64,000 nucleotides of DNA, from positions 9,300,001 to 9,364,000 of the forward strand of contig NC_045138.2 of the NCBI RefSeq assembly GCF_008831285.2, read 5' to 3'. The position numbers and the translations under genes were made by a program. The notes under the pieces are model-generated. The model ran no database searches. It was not told the DNA's origin and was given only the letters and a program-made list of their open reading frames with translations. This document shows positions 24,771-36,837 of this stretch, in pieces (positions within the stretch are counted from its first letter, which is position 1; each line of letters starts with the position of its first letter). Source of the DNA: Nymphaea colorata. Lineage: Eukaryota.

Positions 24771-26609
24771 GGTTAATTTAATTTCAGTACCAAGGCACTT
24801 GTGGGTTGATTCGGTAGCTACTACTCACATAAGTGTCTTTTGTGCAGGACTGCCTAAATTGTCAGACGTCAATTGATGCTGAAAGATTCATCTATGAGGG
24901 CGATGACATGAATGCGAAGATTGAAGCCATAGCAGATTTTTTGGGTTATTGTTAAAGACTGGTTGTTTTTGAATTTGACAGAAACTTATGTAGTACCGTC
25001 TTTTAGATGGAATTTGTTTTTTATTTCTTTACTGGACAAATTTGGTTATTATTGTTCATTTAAAGGAAATAAATTTAAGTTGTTTCTGCATTCAAATTTG
25101 ATTGCTACTGGTTCTTTGTGTAGTTGCTATAACCTCTATTTGCTTGATACGGTTGCTTCATATCATGAAACCTTGCATGTTACGTTTAGTGGTACTAAAA
25201 GAAATTAGTCAAAGAGAATTCTGCTATGTTATGGCATTGGCGTTTAGGACAAATCTCTGAAAAGAGAATAAAAGGCTTATGGCGAATAGAATTCTTGATT
25301 CCCTTTGATTTTGTAGACTTTAATGTTTGCATTGTATGTATAAAGGGAAAATGAACAAACATTAAGGGGTTATAAGTTTTATAATCCATTCAGTAAGTCT
25401 TTCTTTAAAAGGGAAATGCCCATTTCTTTGAGGATATTGAGTTTGGGGAGGTGATCAGGTTAGAAGCATTGCTTTTGAAGAGGGACCTGAGTCCACTCTA
25501 ATCAGAAGAAGGCAATGATGTCGATCTCCATACTGAAGAACAAACTCAACAACTTCAAGAAAATTAAGTAGAGATGTCACTAAGAAAATCCATATATGGA
25601 CTAAAGCAAACTTTTCAGTCAATGGTATTACAAATTTCATTAAATTATAGTTTTATTTGGTTTCGAAACTAATATGGTTGATGAATGTGTATACCAAAAC
25701 TTCAGTGGGGCAAATTTATCTTTCTGATTTTATATGTCAATGATATATTGCTGAATAGTAATGATGTGGGCATATTGCATGAAACTAAGAATTTTTGTCA
25801 ACACAATTTGACATGAAAGATCTTGGTTGTTCATCTTTTGTATTAGGGATCCAAAATATTTTGAGATCGTTCTCGGGGTATTCTTGGATTATTACAAAAG
25901 GTCTACATTGATAAGGTGCTTCAGCGATATGACATGAAGGATTGTAAACCATGAAAGACTCCAGTTGCTAAAGGAGACAAGTTTAGTCTCAAACAGTGCC
26001 CTAAAAGTAAAATCGAATCTAAAGAAATGGAAATGATTCCCTATTTGTCTGTTGTGGGAAGCCTTATGTATGTTCAGGTTTGCACTCGTTTGGATATTGC
26101 ATTTATCATTGGAATGTTAGGCAGATACTTAAGTGATCCTGGTATGAGTCATTGGAAAGCAGCCAAAAGAGTTTTGATGTACTTAAAAAAGAACATAAAA
26201 TTTTATGCTCACATACAGAAAGTCAGACCAGTGGGAGATCATTGGGTATTTAAATTCTGACTTTGCTGGGTACCAAGATAATGGCATTCAATCAGGTTTT
26301 GTGATTGCAGAATTTTTGTCACGAGGCTGCATATTATGTATGGTATAAAAAGACAACTAAGGTTGTTGTGTGACAATAATTCAGCAGTCATGTACTCTTA
26401 TAACAGCCACAGTTTGTCAAAGTCGAAGCACATCGACATTAAGTTTTTGGGCTGTTAAAGAGGGGATACAGAATGGTCAGGTGTCTTTGGAGCATATTGG
26501 GACAAACTCTATGATTGTGGATCCGCTTGCCAAGGGTTTAACACATAAGGTCTTTCACGAACATGTTGTTCGTATCAGGGTGTTATCTTTGGATGATGTG
26601 CTGGTTTAG
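24771..26609 (+). pseudogene. pol: Internally deleted pol remnant
   Basis: [41 protein letters not shown] and MIVDPLAKGL occur in broken frames. The integrase core and the RT N-terminus are absent. Confidence 0.9.
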
Positions 26610-29600
26610 TGGGAGTTTGTATTTTGTTTGCTCTGATATATAGACACATATTCAGTTTTCTGCAGAATAAAGTTTAAAGTTCTTCGGTTCCATTCTGTGT
26701 TTATGTTTTGATCTCCATAAGGTTGTTTTAAAGTTGGACCAGTTGAGAATAGACATGTTGTAATCACATCGCATGTAATTCTCATGCTATACATCCATAT
26801 CAGATCTATGTCATTGGTTATGTTAACATTTGTGATCATTGAAGGTTTAGCTAACTTTTGATATAGCGAAAGCCGCTTTGGTTCTGTGTTGATATGATCA
26901 TGGACGAGATTGGTGAAATGACTTTTAATAAGATAGCAGTTATAAGCTCTTAAGGTTTTGTGTAATGTCTGAATGTATTAAGACATATTTGGCCCAAGTG
27001 GGAGATTGTAAGATCATTTGGTGGGCCGACATATGTCTATGAGGAATTTCAGACATTATGGCTGTCTTAACGTAAATATCCGCTTAAGTGATTGCATTTT
27101 GGGATATTACGTCATTTTAGATGGTATGGGATAATTTTAGAATGTATAGATACCAGTATGCAATTACGGACTCTTTGATGGGTTGAATCCGTAATTGTCC
27201 TTATTATATAATGGTAGTGGTCCCTGGGGTCGTGCAATGGTTGCCTGAAACATTGGTTTCTAGGGTTTTCCTCTTCCCCATCTGAGAGAGACCTCAAGCG
27301 CGCCGCACGTACCCTGGAAGACCCTACTGCGATCTTTCCGTGCACCAGATCAGATGGATTCAGGTACGCTTCCGCTTTAAGTTTAAGGTTATGTTTGATT
27401 CAATGATTTAGCATGAGCATGATCCTGTTTTAGGGTATATGCGTTTGGTTTTGTATATGCGTTATGGGGAGAAATCCCAACACATATTTCCAATGTCATG
27501 TTCTTCTCTTCTTGCCTTCTCTTATCCTCTTGCCAGTTTTTTAGCTTTTTTTCTTTTGGGTTTTTCAATTGAATGGCCTGCACTGCATTTAGTAGACCGG
27601 GCCTGTTGGTAGGGCTGTACGACGCTAGACTCGGCTCAAACATTTTGTGGTCAAGGTTGAGCTTGAGTCAAACTCCTTATAGCAAGCTCGAGCTTGAGTC
27701 GACTACACAAAATCAAGCTCAACATCAACTCGTTTAACTCACTTGACTTGTTTAAATCAAGCATTCACTCGTGTAACTTGACTTGATTTTATGTAGTCGA
27801 GTCAAGCTCGATCATGTTATAAGGAGCTTGACGCAAGTTAGGGCCGAGCTCAAGCTCAAGTTTTTTTAGTTGAATCAAGCTAGAGCTGGCTAATCTCAGG
27901 TCCTACTTGTGAAGAAAAAGTCCTACAAATATGACTATGTTGAAAACTGGCAAGGAAATATGTTTTTAAGGGTTGTGAAGAAAAGGGTTGTGAAGAAAAA
28001 GTCTTGTTGATGTAATCTTGAGTGCCAACTAAGTTGCTGGATGTGGAAATAATAAGTCCTGCAAATTAGAAAAAGTCCCATTGATGTGATATGAGGCCGT
28101 GCTGTAGACACCGAGTGTGGAAAACAACAAGCGATATCACTTGCTTTTCATGAGCACCAGCATCATTTTTTTTAAAGTACAGTATAAATGCTAGTTCTTT
28201 TTTATAAATCCTGTTTCACTTCTTATTTGGCTTAGTAATCAACTGATCAATTGGTCAAAGCAGGTAAATTTAAACAGTCGAAAAAAGGAACAAAATTTTG
28301 ACAGAAGTCACTAAGAATGTCTTCTAGCTATGCAGAATTTGCCAGGTCAATTTTTAAGATATGCAGTTCATTAGCTGATTTATTCATGTCATCTCTTATT
28401 GTTAGATGTCTTATGCAAAGTCTCGATGATACGAAATGTACATGACCTTGAAATTTACGATTGAAAGCTCCAATCTGATCACATTTTATTTCACTACAGA
28501 AATGACGTTTGGAAAATTAAGAATGTAGGAAAACAATCAAAATTTCAAATCTGAAAGACTGATTGAAATGTTCCCATGCAAAGGTTCTTAATTTTTATTT
28601 CCTATATATGGGCCTAGTTGTTTCCAAGTATCAGACGATAAGGGCAAGGATCAAGAACACAAATTCATCAGAGGAGAAAAAGAACAATCCAAACGTATTC
28701 TGTAAGAGAGGAAACCCTGGTACAGTAGAAAAGGGGTTTGCTTTGAGGAATTTAATTGGCCATCGAGTTCTTTGGTGTTCTTTGACCAGACTACCACACC
28801 TAACATCACATTAAAGAAGCTCTAATCTTTAGTTTGGTTCCTTGTTTATTGATAAAGGGCTACAGCTCACACGTCATGGTGATTGTATAAAGCAGATACA
28901 GATGACAAATTGCAACCCCTCAGGCCTGGAAGTTGGGCAGAGTTCACATATATTGAGCAGCTAGTTATAGCCATGACTACCATTTACGTGTCTCCAAAAT
29001 TCAAAAACTAAGATAAAAACAGAATTTTGTTGGCATTTGCATGGATCAAACATCTATTCTATGGAAATTTAACACTGCAACCAAGTTTGGAAATGGTTGC
29101 TTAGTTATGCTGGAACTTTTGAATTCATTAAAGAACTTTGGGATTAATTTGAGGCAGGTAATGCATCCTGTTACTGCTTGATCAGGACCAAGAAAGAAAC
29201 ATTCAACAGTCAACCGCAGAATCACCACCAAATTTAAAACAGAAGTGAAAGAAATGCTCTCTGCCATTTTATTGTCTTACCTTGTTAGTCAAAAGCAGAA
29301 TTTATGTTGCATGAACAGCATGCTGCGGACTAAGTCCCCTGCATTTGATAAGCAAAATCAATCTGTGCAACGGAGAAAGGTCAGCAGATTAATGTTGATA
29401 TTCACAATGATGTTTTGCCTAGAATTGACTCAACCCATAAAAGCACACAAAAGGAAACAAGCCAAAACACACAGAATTACCTGACATAAGACTGAAGGAG
29501 CCAAAACGCATATTATTTGATAATCATTTCTTAGGCGACTTATAGCATAACCAGTACTCAACATTACTTGCACAAGCATATGAGTGCTGTATATGTTAGA

Positions 29601-30869
29601 ATGTGTATCAGAACCCAACTATAGTTTCAAAATTTTAACAGGGGCCCAAATAGGACTTTTCAATTTTTTTATATCAGTTAGACTAAAATTTATGAAATTT
29701 ACATATCAATGTTTGACTTTTTTAAAATTTGATGGTGGGGGGCCAAGGCCCCTGCCGGCACCCCTCCCTCCGTCCCTGGTGTGTGTAGTAACTGTGGGTC
29801 TGTCTAACTTACTACTAACAATCTTGGCTTGATATACAATATCTTGTTAGATATTGTGGAATTTTAGTAGTCACTGGTCATATCTCAAAGCATTAACATA
29901 GCTTAAAGATTTAGGCAAAAGCCAAAAAACCAACAATCGAAAATCATAGCAACAAAAGAACGTGAACCTAATGAGCTTTCTTTTGGCAATGTTTAGTAAC
30001 AAATTTTATTGATGTTTTAATCAATTAAATGGATTTCAATTTTATCAAACTGCTTCCTGAATGTTGTTTGTCACATTCAGGCCTGTACATGAGTATAAAA
30101 ATTCAATCACGCAATTAGTATGCTTCAAATATATTTCTGATGCTCATATCTTGCTTCAAGCAAGTAATCAAACCTGGTGATTGGTCATAGAGATTATAGA
30201 TGATAATTAATCACTGAGTTGATCTGACCATCACATACAGATTCCAGTATTTGGATCCTTATGTTACTGGAATGACAAAAATCCAGCATCCATAAGCTAA
30301 AGCACACAAATAAGCAATTATTTCACATAAGACTCTAAAAATATCAAAATCATATATACCTATGGAAGATAAGTAGCTGATGCAAGCCAATTAAGAAATT
30401 GGATCGGATTCGGGTTTAAGAAATGACATCTGACTGGATCCTGATTCATATTTGGATGTACATATATATCCAACTGGATTTGGATTCAGATTCAGATATG
30501 GATGGGATTTAAGTTTAAATAAAAATCTTATATTCAAATGCTCTTACATTTTGAAAATGAGCCAGAATTGATTCAAAATTCAAACTCAGATTGTGATATT
30601 GGATTTTAGATCCATTGTTTGTATTCGAATCAGAATTTGAATATGGATATGTTAATATCTAAAAAACAGATATAGTTCAAGATGTATCCTATTTGAATCT
30701 GATACATTAATATCCCTTCTCCCAACTCCAATCCTGGACACCAGAAAGACAATAAATAACAAAAGATACAAACCCCTCAAATTATTCCCTATTGTTCTGC
30801 AAGTGTCATACAATAGAGATAGCTAATAAGAAACTTTCCTAGATAATCATAATTTAAATCACTATCGTA

Positions 30870-30903
30870 TACGTATGTGTGTATGTACGTGTGTGTGTCT
30901 GTT

Positions 30904-30994
<91 letters not shown>

Positions 30995-31034
30995 ATACAT
31001 ATATGTATGTACATACATACATACATATATGTAT

Positions 31035-31098
<64 letters not shown>
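30870..31098. repeat. Compound microsatellite (GT)(CT)n(AT)n(GTAT)n(ACAT)n(AT)n
   Basis: Directly visible. It is the source of the spurious YIYI/ERER ORFs. Confidence 0.97.
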
Positions 31099-31101
<3 letters not shown>

Positions 31102-31526
31102 TCATAGAAAACACGTTTTTAAAAAGAAAACTCGAAAAAAATGCAATAAATTAAGTGGCCTTTTAAAACCATTAAAACAGCATTCTTTTGAAAAAAACGT
31201 TAAAAATGGAAAAATACGTTTTAACCCATTTTTAACGTTTTTTTTTCATTTTGTCACTTTTTTCACTTTCTTCATTTTTTTCAGTTTTTTTTAATGCCAA
31301 ACTGTTTTTTTTTTCATTTTCTATTTTTTATTTGTTGCAAATCTGTTTATCTTTTCATGTTTGTGTTACTAGTTTCTAACTTATTTTATTTTTTGCTCAT
31401 TTTTAGTTTTTAAATTTTTTTAAAAATTTACCGTATTTTTCTTATTTTTTTATTTTTTTCAAGCTCGCCGTATTATACCCGAGAATAACCTTGCCGTTTA
31501 AAACTCCGTGATATTATTTGTAACTT

Positions 31527-31528
<2 letters not shown>

Positions 31529-31604
<76 letters not shown>
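31529..31604. repeat. (AT)n microsatellite
   Basis: About 38 AT units. Confidence 0.97.
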
Positions 31605-31608
<4 letters not shown>

Positions 31609-34393
31609 GGTGATTTTGTATTTAAAAAATAGCAGATTATAAATTTTTGACGAACTCCAGGCAGAGGCTGTTAACAGTAGAAATGCTAGTTCTTTTTTAT
31701 AAATCCTGTTTCACTTCTTATTTGGTTTAGTAATCAAGTGATGAACCTTGGTTAAAGCATGTAAATTCAAACAGTCGAACAAAGGAACGGAAATTTGACA
31801 AAAGTCAATAAGAATGTCAACTTCATTCATGCCATCTCTTATTGTTAGATGTCATGCAGAGTCTGGACGATGCCAAATGTACATGACCTAGAAATTTGAC
31901 GATTGAAAGCTTCAATCTGATCACATTTTATTTCACTAAAAAAAAGACTTCACTGCTGCAAATAATGTAGGGACTTTCCAAAGTGATAAGAAGAGGTAAG
32001 ACAGTAAATCTAAAACTCTGAATTGATAGGCCACCAAAAGTTTCAAGGAATCCAATCAATTTGGAAATCCAGTCATAGTTAGAACAGATAAATATAATTA
32101 TTTAAGCTTTTTACTTAATAAACTTTCAAAAAACCAAAATTTTTAACAATTGCTAGTAATGTGACGTTTGGAAAACTTAAGCATATAGAAAAAGATCAAA
32201 ATTTCGACTTTTCCATGGATTTGCAGAAATTTCCAGAATTTCTTTTTTTCTTTTTTTTTGCAAAATATTGTCACAACCAATTTATTGACCAAAGTTTTCA
32301 AATCAATGACTGATTGAAATGTTCCAATGCAAAAGTTCTTAATTTTTGTCTCCTATATATGGGCCTAGTTGTTTCCTAGTAGGAGACGATAAGGGCAACG
32401 AGGAAGAACACAAGTTCATCAGAGGATAAAAACAATAATCCAAACAAATTGTGTAAGAGAGACCCCCAAAACACAGGAAGCCCTGGTACTGGTTGAGTCT
32501 TTCGATTTCGACGATGGAAACAATAGGCATGATGTAGGAAGAAGCCACCCAAGAATGAAGAATGAAAACATAATCCAAGCCAATAGGGGATTGATCGCAT
32601 TCCCAGTCAGCCTTAAAGGGGATTGATTACAAGTTAGCACTCCATCTCAGAGTGGAGTCAGAATTTTTGTCTTTAAACTTCAACCTTTAAAGAACACTCA
32701 AAGTTTAAATTTCAATCTTTAAGGGGCACTTATATGCAAAAAAAGTAAATTTGATGGGCCGGTGTGCCTACAACATTACTCCGCCACTGGATGAGAGCCC
32801 AATTGGAAGTCTTCTCTTTAATTTGGTAGTCTATTATAGCATTCATGGATGAATGGTCTCAAAATTCACCTTTTGAGACACCTTTATCCAGCATATGAGG
32901 GTGTAAGCAGATGCCAAAATGAACGTCTGTGACACTCAAACTCTCTTATTTTGTTTCCGCTTTATTCAATTTTTGACATACCAATACGGATCAGACCAAA
33001 GTTCTTATGCACGCTAATACCTTGTCCTAGATAGGGCGTTATAAACCCCCAATCCGACCCAAACAAATAATAGATGGAATGGATGAAGTTCAGAAAATAC
33101 AATTACATCTCCTCAAACAAGCACGCGACCAAGTCTAAATTTTGTTTTTAGAACATCCGGTGTAAACAAACAATCCAAGGACCGATTGTCACAGGCCATA
33201 ATGTTTTTATAAATGTTTACAGAAGACAAATTGATTTTTTTTTCTAAAATGCCAATGATTAAGTTTACATTTCTCTATACAGTAGTGGATCATTAACACT
33301 TGCTCATGCCGTGAGATCTTTCACGATACAGGCACCTCACACCACTTCTGCACACACTTGATACACTTGCAGGGTTATATATGAGCCGAGTAAAAAATGA
33401 TGTCGTTCAGCTTCGCTCGAGCTCGAGTTTTGATATATAAAGTTAGCTTTAACTCGATTCGGTAGACCAAGCCACAGCTCGAGCTCGACTCGTTTAAGCT
33501 TGTTTACCAACTCATCATTTGACTTGATTTCTTTCTTTGGTTCTAAGTTTGAAATTACAAAAAAAAACCTAGATAAATGGTTTACTCTAGTTTAATAAAA
33601 TCAAGTTTATGTACTTGAACTCGATGTATTTATAATCACGAGTTTTGAGTTAAGCTCGAGCTTAACAGAGCAAAGTCAAGTCGAGCTTGAGTTGGCTCGA
33701 CTCGTTTTACAACTCTATCCACTTCACACACACAAATGGACTTGTCCCCTATTTATAATGGTGAACATGTCAGCTGGGGTGGGGAAGCTTTGACCTAAGG
33801 ATGTCAATATGTCTGATTTGTAATGGATATCCAAGCAAACTGCTCCAAAAAATTGGGATGAAGAAAAGAAATTTAGTAATCAATTAAAAAAAATCAGATA
33901 GGATTTGAAATTAAGAAATGACATCCAATTAGATTCAGATTCAAATATGCATAAATATCTGATCCGATACGGATTCAGTTATACAAAAATATCCAATTGA
34001 ATTCAGATTCAGATTCAGATTCAGATACACAAAAATATCCAATCAGACCCAGAGCAGACTTAGTTTTAAATAAAATTCTATATTCATGCTTTTATATTTT
34101 GTAAATCAGCCAGATTGAGTTCAAAATTTTGGATTCAGATTCAAATATAAAAAGAGGATTCGGGTCAGATTCTGATTGTGACATCTAATTTCAGGTTCAG
34201 ATTAGGATGAGAAAAAAATGGATTTAGATCAGATTCAAATAATGAAACCTAATTTTGGATGAGGATGAAGATGGGGATGAAACAAAGAAAGTTCTTCTGA
34301 CAAGGCATTGGGAAAAGAAATGAGCCAGGAGCAAAAATATTTAAACAACCCTATTTATTTTAGAAAAATGAAAAAGAATTTGTTTATTTTTTG

Positions 34394-34600
34394 TCATTTT
34401 TCAAAAGAAGAAGCCTTTTGTCGTATCCTTTTAAGTCTGGCGTCTACCTCCTTCATGTCCATTCTTACAATTGTAGACTCCCTTGAACATGACAGCCCTA
34501 TCTCCATGATCATCACCAACAGATCATTCCAAGCAGCTGATCTTTCAGTTGCAGTACCATTGCTTTCCTTCAGAAGATGACCAACAAACACTCTAGGACC
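34394..34600 (-). pseudogene. Orphan C-terminal remnant of an LRR-RLK kinase exon
   Basis: GHLLKE..LLVMIMEIGLSCSRESTIVRMDMKEVDARLKRIR matches the end of kinase subdomain XI in subfamily XII RLKs. Confidence 0.85.
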
Positions 34601-34606
34601 AACTGT

Positions 34607-34960
34607 TGTTAGAAACTTGGCTCTCTCTTTCTCTCTCACTTTCTTAACACACCAAGAAAATAGAATCAGAAGAAAAGAAAGACATAGTAAGAAAATAGAA
34701 TCAGAAGAAAAGAAAGACATAGTAAGAAAATAGAATCAGAAGAAAAGAAAGACATAGTAAGAACACACAAAGATTTTACGTGGTTTGAAAACAACGTTTT
34801 TTTACGTCCACACAAAGCTATTTCCACTATGAGAAAAAAATTACAAAGTACAAGCTAAAACGCTGAACAAAGCTATTTCCACAAAATAAAAAATTACATA
34901 AATACCCTTACAGAAATTAGGGAAGGCTATCAAGTATGGATCAGACTCAACACTCCAACA
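34607..34960 (-). mobile_element. Solo LTR (copia-like) with an internal 35-bp tandem triplication
   Basis: TGTT...AACA termini and a 5-bp TSD actgt/gctgt with 1 mismatch. The unit aagaaaatagaatcagaagaaaagaaagacatagt occurs three times. A related LTR end lies at about 13079-13112. Confidence 0.75.
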
Positions 34961-36206
34961 GCTGTCCCTAAAGCCATTTTGTTTTTAAAAATTTTTGAAA
35001 GGGACAAAGTGATTTTCTTTTTCTTTTTCTCGACTGCCAAAGAGTAAGTTAATTTGCATTTCTCAAAATCTGGGAGGGTACACTGAACTCATGATAACCA
35101 AAGTGAATTTAAATATGCATAAATATCCAATCCGATATGGATTCAGTTATACAAATGTCCAATTGATTCAGATTCAGGAACACAAAAATATCCAATCAGA
35201 CCCAGATCGGACTTAGTTTTAAATAATATTCTATATTCAATGCTCTTATATTTTGTAAATTAGTGAGATTCAGTTCAAAATCTTGGATTCAGATTCAAAT
35301 ATAAAAATAGGATTCAGATCGGATTCTGATCAGATTAGGATGAGAAAAAAATGGATTTAGATCAGATTCAAATTTTGAAATCTGATTTTGGATGAGGAAA
35401 AAAATACATTCAGATCAGATTCAGATTGTGGAACCTGATTTCAGATTCAAATTTGGATATGACTTTTTTTTTCACTTGTTTCTGAGCTCGAAACCGACAG
35501 ATGGTTAATAATATATTTTATTTCAAATATTTTTCATTTTTATTTTTGTATTTAGGTCCATCGATTTCCAAAAAAAACAAGGTCGGTCGTTCTCTCGAGT
35601 CCTCCCAACTTCTCCAAGGGTATGGGTGACAACTGTTCACGTTGTTCTTAATGAGCAGGTAGCCGAATAACTTCAACTTTTGCCAGCGGCCCAGCAATAC
35701 CCAAAATTGGGTACGTACCAGCATGCCGGAGCTTGTGAACATTGAGAAATGGTTCCATATTTGGATTGTGCCCTTTTGGATATGAGTAATTACTTAACTA
35801 AATGTGTATCCGATCTGATATTTATATACATCAGAATCTTATCTGAATCCAGTTGGATGTTATTTCTTAATCAGAGATTAAATTTTTTCCCATATATGTT
35901 TTTTTTTTAATGGTTCAATTAGACATGCCATCAGGATGGAAAATGACATTTAAAGTCTATCCATCGTACCAAGTGAATGACGAGGCAGTTCCAATTCTTT
36001 TGCTTACGTTACATGGAAAGGCATGATATCTAGATATAAAGAGGTAGAAAGAGAGAGAAAACATATAATTTTGTGGCAAATTGTAAATGATTTTGCAAAA
36101 ATTGTCAAAAACAATAAATGAATACAGAAAACGTATAAGAGAAAGGGAGGAAGGAGTGGTGAGACTCAAAAGAGGAGTTCGAGTTGGTAAGGTGATGTTG
36201 GTCAAG

Positions 36207-36837
36207 CTAATGTTCCTGATAAGGCTTAGACGCTCCTTTAAGCCAAAACTTCCTTCGAGTGGGATTCGTTAGAGCCACAAAGACGGGTAGCCTTCGCTTG
36301 TTGCAGGCCACATCAGCATTGGGATTGATAACCGCATCCACCATGGCCTCGAATTCCTCCGTCTGAGGCATTATCTTCTTTTCCTCTTCGCTTGGCATCA
36401 CTCCTTCAGGTGTGCTTAATCCTTGAGTGCTCACCTTAGGTCTGCTGACCTGCCCAAATGCAGAAGGCACGAATCAATTTTTTGAAAACGTCACCAGTTT
36501 CATAATTTGTCGCGAAGTATGAATGGTTATCATGCTTCAGTAGGCCTAGTAACAACAGTGTTTTCTTAAACCATACCTTGGGCTTGTTCCTTTGAGGCAC
36601 CAGTCGTAGCTCCTTCCCGTGTGCAAACTGCAACCACATAGGTGTGAGAATGAACTATTAGAACCACATATCACATATGCTAGTGCAGATATAACTAAGC
36701 AAATGCATGCACACACTACCGGCCTCCTATGGAAGAAGTGTTAAAACATGGAAAAAAAAAGCTGAAGCATGTACCTGGTTGTGGTTGGGCATCTTGATGC
36801 CTACATCCACCGGAAAGGGAGCTTTCTCTTTATTCAT
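36207..36837 (-). CDS. Three-exon 118-aa protein related to plant ZFP36/TTP-like CCCH proteins but lacking the finger cysteines
   Basis: Exons 36837-36775, 36627-36577 and 36449-36207 are joined by GT-AG phase-0 introns and read from ATG to stop without interruption. Motifs QFAHGKELR and RRLPVF are present, with TATATA at about 36871-36877. Confidence 0.7.

Larger units (their letters stand above)
21637..27482 (+). mobile_element. Full-length non-autonomous copia element (Bianca-like, gag retained), copy 1
   Basis: 476-bp LTRs at 21637-22112 and 27007-27482 (TG..CA), TSD catat on both sides, PBS tggtatcagagcc at 22115-22127 and PPT aagtgggaga before 27007. The gag ORF is open and pol is deleted and decayed. 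Confidence 0.97.

Noticed and set aside
29046..29267. Duplicated 73-aa minus ORF (copy at 49385-49606)
   Set aside because: The shared translation reflects DNA duplication. The N-termini differ and no domain was recognised.
30789..31294. Several ORFs rich in [12 protein letters not shown]
   Set aside because: These are translations of microsatellites.
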